Assembly: GCA_000002445.1 (NCBI GenBank)
Contig: CP000071.1
Span: forward strand, 2,368,001 to 2,432,000
Length of the DNA: 64,000 bases
Direction: 5' to 3'
Origin: Trypanosoma brucei
Taxonomy: Eukaryota
Below, in pieces: positions 20,342-28,248 of the stretch. Within the stretch, counting starts at the first letter, position 1, and every line of letters starts with the position of its first letter. The notes under the pieces are model-generated. The model was not told where the DNA came from. It saw only the letters and a program-made list of their open reading frames with translations, and ran no database searches. The translations under genes were made by a program, and so were the position numbers.

Positions 20342-20754
20342 GCATTTTACCTATGTGCTGCGTACTCGCATTTTACGTTTAGTAAATGGTTATCGAACTA
20401 TTTTGGAATATGTTTGTTTTTATTTCAGTCTGTGTGTAGTACACTGTTGCCTTAGCTTTTTTCGTAGTGTCTCCTCTATTGCCTCTGTCACCATTAGTTT
20501 ACCGCAGATAATGAATTGTACCATTACTAATTTTGTGTTGCGTTTTGATGAAAACTAAAACTTTGAAGGTTTGCATGTCTTGACATTGCATGGTTTTGTG
20601 TGTTGGGTGAAACATCCTTTACGGTTTTTGTACCATAATGCGGACCCCCTAACGTAATTGTGTGTTTTTTCCTTGTCTTTACCTACCCACAGTTCTTGTC
20701 ACAGTATGCTTCAATTTGCTATTGCATGTGTTCTGGCCAGCGGCTCAAACTATG

Positions 20755-20790
20755 ACTTTTTCTTCTCTTTCCCCATTTGTCACATTACCT
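20755..20790 (+). promoter_or_regulatory. polypyrimidine tract upstream of Cys-rich gene 1 (identical copy at 28662-28697 upstream of Cys-rich gene 2)
   Basis: ctttttcttctctttccccatttgtcacattacct. The first downstream AG is at ~20848, suggesting the real start codon is 20868 or 20886. Confidence 0.4.
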
Positions 20791-20795
20791 GATAC

Positions 20796-22448
20796 ATGTG
20801 TGTGTATTGTGCATTTGATAATGAATGGTTATTACTGTTTCATTTTTATAGCAGTTTTACCAAGGAGATGCGGACCAGAACAACAATGACGAGCGGTGCG
20901 CCTGCACGGCGCATGACTTCTCAGGGTCATGTAACTGCTTGCGTATCCAATAATAATGACTCTATGGCTGCAAAGCTGAGGAGGTGCCCCAGCTGTCAGT
21001 GCTACGGTTGTAGCGCCTTCACTGACCGATTGATTTTTTGTGTGGGAGAATGCAGGAATTGTGGCGAGGAAGTTGATCTTCATGATCTTGCAGCTCATGA
21101 GGCGCAGTGCATGGGACTAGGAGCGGTTGAGGGCACTCTTATCATCTGTGCGAAATGTTGTCGGGGGCTGAAACCAGGCAACATCCCCACCACTTCCGAA
21201 ACCAATCACGACAAGGAACAAAAAGAGAAAAACGTTCTATCTTTTTCCAAGGGGAAATGCTGCAAGGGACCGTATACACATCAAACCCATGCTGTATGCA
21301 GAGGGGAATGCAGAAAGAAGAATGACGGGAGCAACGTATCTTCCGTTCGCTGTGGGGGTTCCTGCAATGGTCATCGCAAAGACGGGCCCTGTGCTGTTTG
21401 TTGCGACACGCTTCCACACCTTACCCAACGTGAGGAAGGCCATGTCCACTGCAAGGGTCATGTGTTTGAGTGTACCACATGCGGACAGGTGTTTATGACT
21501 GCTGTCAAGTACGCCATGCATCTTTGTTGCGGTCGCACAGATCCTGAGCCAAAGTCTTCTACCTGTGGGCTATCGGAAGATACTGTAAAGGATCGTGGAG
21601 GTTGTTCTTACCCCACATGGGAGACTTCGTGTCTCAGTGTTTCGCCATTAAAAGGTCCTGCCCCTCATACGCCAGTTGCCACGAGGCCGCAATCCGCAAC
21701 TACCACCTCGTTGCCATCATATGCTGAATGCCCATCGCCGTCCCCAAGTTTACTGCGAGCGGCGGCTGTCAAGCCTCCCAGCCGTTCCTTTGAGAAATCA
21801 TCTGGTGCGAGCAGTGGTGTTCTTGGAGGTAACCAAGCAAAGAAGTCCAAATCCCGACTCCGTGGCGATTCCTCCACTGAGGCAAGGGATGATTTGGGCA
21901 GGCGTCAACCGAATAAAGGAATACATGCGGCGGAGGGAACAGCCAGTTCCAACTTCAGGGTGTCTGGGCGTGCAGAAAGTGTACCGCGAAACCGAGTGTC
22001 AGAAGAAGGTGGTTGTAGCACAGGCCTAGTTGGACGCAATAATGTTTGGAGGCCACTACCTCTATTTGCGGGAGACGGTGGGAGGAGAATGGGACCGTCG
22101 CGAATGTCGTCGGCTGCTGGGAGTTTAAGGAGCTCTGTGATGGATTCTCGTGAGCGTGACGGAGAGCATGGAACAACAATTTGGAGAACCAGGGAGGCAC
22201 AACCGGATAGCTTCATTCCAATTGTTGAGAAGACTTCACCCTCTCACCATCAGAGTCACTCTGCCACAGTTGTCGACTGTATGGGTTCCTCCGTGAGCGT
22301 TACTACGATTAACAGCCGCGTAGCTGCACCACTTATACTCGTCAGCCCTTGCCGCAAGAGGGAAGCAGTGAGTGATACAGTGTCAATTGAAGTAATCACG
22401 AGGGACACGGTTGGTGTCGACGCCGCTGTGATGAAACGCATTTGCTAA
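20796..22448 (+). CDS. Cys-rich zinc-finger protein, paralogue 1 (TRAF-like/C2HC-type Cys scaffold, C2HC finger, long S/R/G-rich disordered tail)
   Basis: 550-aa ORF. Polypyrimidine tract at 20755-20790. The likely real start is MRTRTT at 20868 or MTSGAP at 20886. Cys spacing CPxC…GC…CxxC…CG…DLxxHxxxC and HVHCKGHVFECTTCGQVFMTAVKYAMHLCC. Paralogous to 28703-30502. Confidence 0.55.
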   Translation: MCVYCAFDNEWLLLFHFYSSFTKEMRTRTTMTSGAPARRMTSQGHVTACVSNNNDSMAAKLRRCPSCQCYGCSAFTDRLIFCVGECRNCGEEVDLHDLAAHEAQCMGLGAVEGTLIICAKCCRGLKPGNIPTTSETNHDKEQKEKNVLSFSKGKCCKGPYTHQTHAVCRGECRKKNDGSNVSSVRCGGSCNGHRKDGPCAVCCDTLPHLTQREEGHVHCKGHVFECTTCGQVFMTAVKYAMHLCCGRTDPEPKSSTCGLSEDTVKDRGGCSYPTWETSCLSVSPLKGPAPHTPVATRPQSATTTSLPSYAECPSPSPSLLRAAAVKPPSRSFEKSSGASSGVLGGNQAKKSKSRLRGDSSTEARDDLGRRQPNKGIHAAEGTASSNFRVSGRAESVPRNRVSEEGGCSTGLVGRNNVWRPLPLFAGDGGRRMGPSRMSSAAGSLRSSVMDSRERDGEHGTTIWRTREAQPDSFIPIVEKTSPSHHQSHSATVVDCMGSSVSVTTINSRVAAPLILVSPCRKREAVSDTVSIEVITRDTVGVDAAVMKRIC

Positions 22449-23595
22449 AGTGCTCATTTAAGTGAAGGAGCGTTGAAGGTCCGTTAGTTAGAACACGTAC
22501 CAACATGACGTTTACTCTCTTAATTTGTTTTATTCCATTTTTCACTAAGGCACCTTTACTGCACGTGCTGCAGCAGGTATTTACTCGCTCGTGAAGTGCT
22601 GAGCCAACACTCTCAAACCAACGGTGGACCTCGCGGCGATGCGACTGTGCTTAGTTTCTATTTGCGAGAGTGACACGTGTATATGTTTGTGTTGTCTCGC
22701 ATATTTACATCATATACTTTCCTATTCATGTGAATGGGTGTATCCCTTACTTGTTTTTCCAGGGTTTTACTGTGCACGGTGTGGTGGCGGACGTTGGGGT
22801 TGGAGTGTCTAAAAGGCTAATTAAGAAAGTGTTTTTATTTTTATTTTGGGAATTACATATTTAAAGGGACTGACAATGCAGCCGGGATTAAAAGAGGAGA
22901 CTTTATTATTAGCAGTGTATGATGTTAGATACTTTCTTTCCACCGCCCGTGAGTACCACTGATTCAACATGGTTTCTAATCTCGCTATTGGTGCGTCGGG
23001 CAATATTTCTCTCTTTTTGAGATGGGCACTTTAATTCCTAATCATTAGACCCCGTTTCACGTAAGTGGGCCTTCAGATACTTCCAGCTTCTTTCTTTTTT
23101 TTTTTGCCCATCTCTTAATGTACGCTATGAATTACAGTGGTGCTGTGGGGAAAGGTGCGTGATGAAGGCGTCTCCCACTTTTTTTTTTTAATTATCCAGT
23201 TTTGCTAAAGTGGGCGTGTGCTACCATTTCCATATGAGAGGTGCAGTCATACCTCCAATCCTGAGCTCTCATTGCTGGTTCGTAAGTATCCGTAGCATAT
23301 AAACGTTTTTTATTTTTCTCTATTTTTCTGCTTTGAGGAGAGTCACACTTCTCGTTGGTTCTTTACATGTGGTGTTGTCTGCGAAATACTAATTACTGCA
23401 GGAATGTGTCCTCCGTACACTGGCCGACTCATCAAAATGGCGCATTAGGCTTGGATTTCTCGTTTAATTTTTATACTTTCTCTTCCATCCTCGTTTGTAG
23501 GTACATGATATATTATCCACTCGAAGACTCACCAGGAAAATGGAGGGGGGGGGTGAGGGATTTAGTCACGGTGCTGAAGTGGCATTTGTGCTACA

Positions 23596-24285
23596 GTGTT
23601 ACTCTTATCTTTATGTACAGTAGCCATTTACCTTACGCCCCGTCAAAATAATGGAATGAAACATCGTGAGAAGGCAGTTATGCAGGTACCGAGTGTGCGG
23701 AGTCACGTAGTTAACGTTCCCTCCAAATATCCCTTGTGGATACGAGAGGCTCTCGCTTACGTCCCTTCCACAGTTTTGCGTCAGTGGGAGGATGCCGAAT
23801 ATTTGGTGGTGTTTGGTGTGCCTTCTGTGGACATAAATGTGAGACGGCGACGGAGGCATTTGCAGCGGATGACTTGTTGGGCGTATGGTGGCGTTGCGCG
23901 GCGTGCAAATGACTTCGTGGGAAGTATGCTGCCATTATATATCCTTGCACGTCACCCCGACAATAACTACGTCTTCACGTCTGCTGCCTTAGAGGAGGCT
24001 GAGAAGTGGAATGATGTAATTACACTTCCAATGAATGAGGGTCGTGTGCCGACCAAAAAGCAAGTGGGCCAGGATGGAAAATGGGGTGTTGAAGCAGAGG
24101 TTGGTATGAGTCGCAAGACATTCATGTGGTTTGATTTGTCGCTGATTGTTTTCTCACGCGCCGCGTATATTGCGAAAGGCGATGATGACATGTTTTTGCG
24201 TGTTCCACAGTACCTTGTTGACTTACGCGATCTACCACGACGAGGGGTATATTGGGGTACGATTGATATGGATGGTGCTGTGTGA
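23596..24285 (+). pseudogene. GT31 glycosyltransferase copy truncated at both ends (GT-a). It retains the RxTW and DDD motifs but lacks an ATG-initiated N-terminus and the C-terminal EDxxxG half
   Basis: The ORF begins at GTG just after an in-frame TGA at 23575. Homology to the full copies starts at 23583 (inside the signal-anchor codons). The reading frame runs from WGTID at 24267 straight into the inter-GT spacer sequence and stops at 24285. Confidence 0.5.
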
Positions 24286-25560
24286 TTTTGTGGGTATGCT
24301 GAGCTGTCTGTTGGTTACGACTTGGCATGCAAAGAGTTTAACGATCTGTACAGTGTTTATTGTAGCGAGCACACAGAGCTGAGGTGTGTAATCAAGAACT
24401 GTATCAAGTTAACAAACAATTTAAATTCTTTTATATGCCTTCTTTCCTTTTTCCACTCTTCCACCTGCCGTAATAGCATTTGTTATATTTGTCATTTTGT
24501 CTGATTATAATTACACTTGATATGTTGTTGCCCTTCCTGTATTCTTGTCGGAGGTAAGTCTATGTCCCTGTCGGAGCCCCGGAAGCGTGAATTTAGGCAA
24601 AGAAGTATCGCGAGGCGCAGCATTTGTGCTACAGTGTTACTCTTATCTTTATGTACAGTAGCCATTTACCTTACGCCCCGTCGAGATAATGGAATGAAAC
24701 ATCGTGAGAAGGCAGTTATGCAGGTACCGAGTGTGCGGAGTCACGTAGTTAACGTTCCCTCCAAATATCCCTTGTGGATACGAGAGGCTCTCGCTTACGT
24801 CCCTTCCACAGTTTTGCGTCAGTGGGAGGATGCCGAATATTTGGTGGTGTTTGGTGTGCCTTCTGTGGACATAAATGTGAGACGGCGACGGAGGCATTTG
24901 CAGCGGATGACTTGTTGGGCGTATGGTGGCGTTGCGCGGCGTGCAAATGACTTCGTGGGAAGTATGCTGCCATTATATATCCTTGCACGTCACCCCGACA
25001 ATAACTACGTCTTCACGTCTGCTGCCTTAGAGGAGGCTGAGAAGTGGAATGATGTAATTACACTTCCAATGAATGAGGGTCGTGTGTCGACCAAAAAGCA
25101 AGTGGGCCAGGATGGAAAATGGGGTGTTGAAGCAGAGGTTGGTATGAGTCGCAAGACATTCATGTGGTTTGATTTGTCGCTGATTGTTTTCTCACGCGCC
25201 GCGTATATTGCGAAAGGCGATGATGACATGTTTTTGCGTGTTCCACAGTACCTTGTTGACTTACGCGATCTACCACGACGAGGGGTATATTGGGGTACGA
25301 TTGATAGATATACCGTTGGCAGAACAAGGTTTAACTACGCTTTTGGTTGGTGCTACACCCTTGCTCGTGATGTTGCTAAGCAGTTTGTTTCTTATGGACC
25401 ACTGCGCAAAGTAGTGAACAGTTCCTCGTCAGTGCTCAGTATGTTTACGATTAAGCGTTTCTATCTTCTGGCTGAGGACGCGATGGTTGGACTAACATTG
25501 CAGAGGGCCGGGTACGCTAGCAAAATACTTTACATTCGGGAAAAGAAATGCTCCTTTCAT
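24268..25560 (+). repeat. ~1.29 kb direct repeat: inter-GT spacer/5' leader (249 bp) plus the first ~333 codons of the GT gene. It is ~100% identical to 26782-28074, and its GT part is also present at 23583-24267
   Basis: Offset 2514 bp between copies b and c (identical minus-strand shadow ORFs 24649/27163, 24749/27263, 25005/27519). Offset 1038 bp between copies a and b. Confidence 0.8.
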
Positions 25561-25734
25561 AACGTGCACGCCGGGCCAACTGTTGTTGCTGTCACCGATA
25601 GTTCCGTAATGGTGCACCATGTTAGGGAGGATGAATACGAGAAACTAAAGCAACGTTTTGCTAATGAGAGGGATGTGGCTCCACGTTTTATTTACAGTAT
25701 TTATGAGGGTATGAAGGGTTTTAGTTGCCGGTAG
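24562..25734 (+). CDS. UDP-Gal/UDP-GlcNAc-dependent glycosyltransferase (GT31, beta-1,3-transferase-like), type II membrane protein, copy GT-b with a divergent C-terminal ~58 aa
   Basis: Motifs RRRRHLQRMTCW (RxTW), YIAKGDDDMFL (DxD) and LAEDAMVGL (EDxxxG). Short basic cytoplasmic tail plus TM (ATVLLLSLCTVAIYL). The track ORF starts at TTG 24517; the first ATG is 24562. It is 100% identical to GT-c up to 25560, then ~75% identical. Confidence 0.75.
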   Translation: MSLSEPRKREFRQRSIARRSICATVLLLSLCTVAIYLTPRRDNGMKHREKAVMQVPSVRSHVVNVPSKYPLWIREALAYVPSTVLRQWEDAEYLVVFGVPSVDINVRRRRRHLQRMTCWAYGGVARRANDFVGSMLPLYILARHPDNNYVFTSAALEEAEKWNDVITLPMNEGRVSTKKQVGQDGKWGVEAEVGMSRKTFMWFDLSLIVFSRAAYIAKGDDDMFLRVPQYLVDLRDLPRRGVYWGTIDRYTVGRTRFNYAFGWCYTLARDVAKQFVSYGPLRKVVNSSSSVLSMFTIKRFYLLAEDAMVGLTLQRAGYASKILYIREKKCSFHNVHAGPTVVAVTDSSVMVHHVREDEYEKLKQRFANERDVAPRFIYSIYEGMKGFSCR

Positions 25735-26646
25735 CTGGAGAATTTGCTCGTGGCTGCATAGAGGCACTTCTTTACTGTGGTTGATTTTTTTTTTTTTCGT
25801 TCCTTGGAGTTGCTAAGGTGTGTATGTATTCTATGCTCGTGCGTTATGATGCATTAATTGAATTTTTGTTGTCTATGTCCGTCGTCTTGTTGATTGACAG
25901 TTGACTTGATTTCTCCTCTTGTGCTATTTGGTCACTCGTGCTGTGGTGCGGTGTCTTTTCACGAGGGGGGGGGGCTGACGAGCACGGGGGTATTTCTTTA
26001 ATGATTCTAATTGATTTGCCTCGCGATGGTGAAGGTGCACGAAACATCTTGTAATTTAACGCGTGCTGTGGTGGACAGGCATTGGTGCGTCGCATTTCGT
26101 GGATTAAATATACACGGACACAACCAGCCCTTTCATCGGTTATCTGGCTGTGAATTGTACTACCACCATTATTGTAACGCGGTTGTTTGTACTGTTAATT
26201 ATGTGTGTACAGTAAATCGCTCTCTACTTGAGATACTAATGTGGAAAATTGATGTTGCGTCCCATTGTTTCACTTTTGGACTCATCATGGAGAATTTGTG
26301 TGCTCACTCTTCCTGCCACTAAGTTCATTTCGCATTTCTTTGTGTTTGAGAATGATGTAAGAGTTAGTAGACATGTTATGTTCCCCCATTTGTGACATGG
26401 GGTAAACCGCAGCCACACCGCAAAACAATTACTGCAAATCCCCCTTTAATACATCTTTTCTCCGGAATTGTGTGCCCGTTCATTAGCGTTTCTCTCCGTA
26501 GCGGGCGATGAACTGCATGTTAAACTCAACGCAATCGAACATGCAGCCAGTTGCATTGTGCGGACCGCGACTGTATACGGTGATCCTGCAGGAAAAGAAA
26601 GCGCGAGAACAAATTGGAGTTAAAGGTACTGACCTCAAAGCTCACT

Positions 26647-26781
26647 TCGTGAGCGTCACTACGATTAACAACCGCGTAGCTGCACCACTTATACTCGTCA
26701 GCCCTTGCCGCAAGAGGGAAGCAGTGAGTGATACAGTGTCAATTGAAGTAATCACGAGGGGTATATTGGGGTACGATTGAT
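26647..26781 (+). other. chimeric recombination footprint: the last ~38 codons of the Cys-rich gene (…VSVTTINNRVAAPLILVSPCRKREAVSDTVSIEVITRG) fused via an 'acgaggg' microhomology to a GT-internal segment (gtatattggggtacgattgat), then the inter-GT spacer
   Basis: 26647-26760 matches 22294-22407 (Cys-rich paralogue 1 3' end). 26761-26781 matches the GT internal sequence at 24247-24267 and 25285-25305. 26782-27030 matches the spacer at 24268-24516. Confidence 0.5.
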
Positions 26782-28074
26782 ATGGATGGTGCTGTGTGAT
26801 TTTGTGGGTATGCTGAGCTGTCTGTTGGTTACGACTTGGCATGCAAAGAGTTTAACGATCTGTACAGTGTTTATTGTAGCGAGCACACAGAGCTGAGGTG
26901 TGTAATCAAGAACTGTATCAAGTTAACAAACAATTTAAATTCTTTTATATGCCTTCTTTCCTTTTTCCACTCTTCCACCTGCCGTAATAGCATTTGTTAT
27001 ATTTGTCATTTTGTCTGATTATAATTACACTTGATATGTTGTTGCCCTTCCTGTATTCTTGTCGGAGGTAAGTCTATGTCCCTGTCGGAGCCCCGGAAGC
27101 GTGAATTTAGGCAAAGAAGTATCGCGAGGCGCAGCATTTGTGCTACAGTGTTACTCTTATCTTTATGTACAGTAGCCATTTACCTTACGCCCCGTCGAGA
27201 TAATGGAATGAAACATCGTGAGAAGGCAGTTATGCAGGTACCGAGTGTGCGGAGTCACGTAGTTAACGTTCCCTCCAAATATCCCTTGTGGATACGAGAG
27301 GCTCTCGCTTACGTCCCTTCCACAGTTTTGCGTCAGTGGGAGGATGCCGAATATTTGGTGGTGTTTGGTGTGCCTTCTGTGGACATAAATGTGAGACGGC
27401 GACGGAGGCATTTGCAGCGGATGACTTGTTGGGCGTATGGTGGCGTTGCGCGGCGTGCAAATGACTTCGTGGGAAGTATGCTGCCATTATATATCCTTGC
27501 ACGTCACCCCGACAATAACTACGTCTTCACGTCTGCTGCTTTAGAGGAGGCTGAGAAGTGGAATGATGTAATTACACTTCCAATGAATGAGGGTCGTGTG
27601 TCGACCAAAAAGCAAGTGGGCCAGGATGGAAAATGGGGTGTTGAAGCAGAGGTTGGTATGAGTCGCAAGACATTCATGTGGTTTGATTTGTCGCTGATTG
27701 TTTTCTCACGCGCCGCGTATATTGCGAAAGGCGATGATGACATGTTTTTGCGTGTTCCACAGTACCTTGTTGACTTACGCGATCTACCACGACGAGGGGT
27801 ATATTGGGGTACGATTGATAGATATACCGTTGGCAGAACAAGGTTTAACTACGCTTTTGGTTGGTGCTACACCCTTGCTCGTGATGTTGCTAAGCAGTTT
27901 GTTTCTTATGGACCACTGCGCAAAGTAGTGAACAGTTCCTCGTCAGTGCTCAGTATGTTTACGATTAAGCGTTTCTATCTTCTGGCTGAGGACGCGATGG
28001 TTGGACTAACATTGCAGAGGGCCGGGTACGCTAGCAAAATACTTTACATTCGGGAAAAGAAATGCTCCTTTCAT
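26782..28074 (+). repeat. second copy of the 1.29 kb spacer+GT-5' repeat
   Basis: See 24268-25560. Confidence 0.8.
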
Positions 28075-28248
28075 AGTGTGCGTGACGGACCTGATATGTT
28101 CCCTGTTACTGATAGTTCCGTAATGGTACATGATATTGAGGAGGATAGCTACAGTGAACTAAAGGAACGCTTTGCTAATGAAAGGGATGTGTTTTCACGT
28201 TTTCTCTACGATCCAGGCGATGGTGTGAAAACTTTCGACTGCTCGTAG
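27076..28248 (+). CDS. UDP-Gal/UDP-GlcNAc-dependent glycosyltransferase (GT31), copy GT-c, full length
   Basis: Same motifs and architecture as GT-b. The track ORF starts at TTG 27031; the first ATG is 27076. Its 3' end is identical to the relic at 20153-20341. Confidence 0.75.
   Translation: MSLSEPRKREFRQRSIARRSICATVLLLSLCTVAIYLTPRRDNGMKHREKAVMQVPSVRSHVVNVPSKYPLWIREALAYVPSTVLRQWEDAEYLVVFGVPSVDINVRRRRRHLQRMTCWAYGGVARRANDFVGSMLPLYILARHPDNNYVFTSAALEEAEKWNDVITLPMNEGRVSTKKQVGQDGKWGVEAEVGMSRKTFMWFDLSLIVFSRAAYIAKGDDDMFLRVPQYLVDLRDLPRRGVYWGTIDRYTVGRTRFNYAFGWCYTLARDVAKQFVSYGPLRKVVNSSSSVLSMFTIKRFYLLAEDAMVGLTLQRAGYASKILYIREKKCSFHSVRDGPDMFPVTDSSVMVHDIEEDSYSELKERFANERDVFSRFLYDPGDGVKTFDCS

Larger units (their letters stand above)
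20153..22810 (+). repeat. segmental duplication block A1 (GT 3' end + intergenic + Cys-rich gene), paralogous to 28060-30639
   Basis: Constant offset of 7907 bp from 20153 to ~20900 (ORFs 20355/28262, 20662/28569 and 20796/28703 are identical). Offset 7796 around 21665-22216, 7829 at 22624. Divergent islands at ~20900-21430 and ~22320-22570. Confidence 0.8.
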
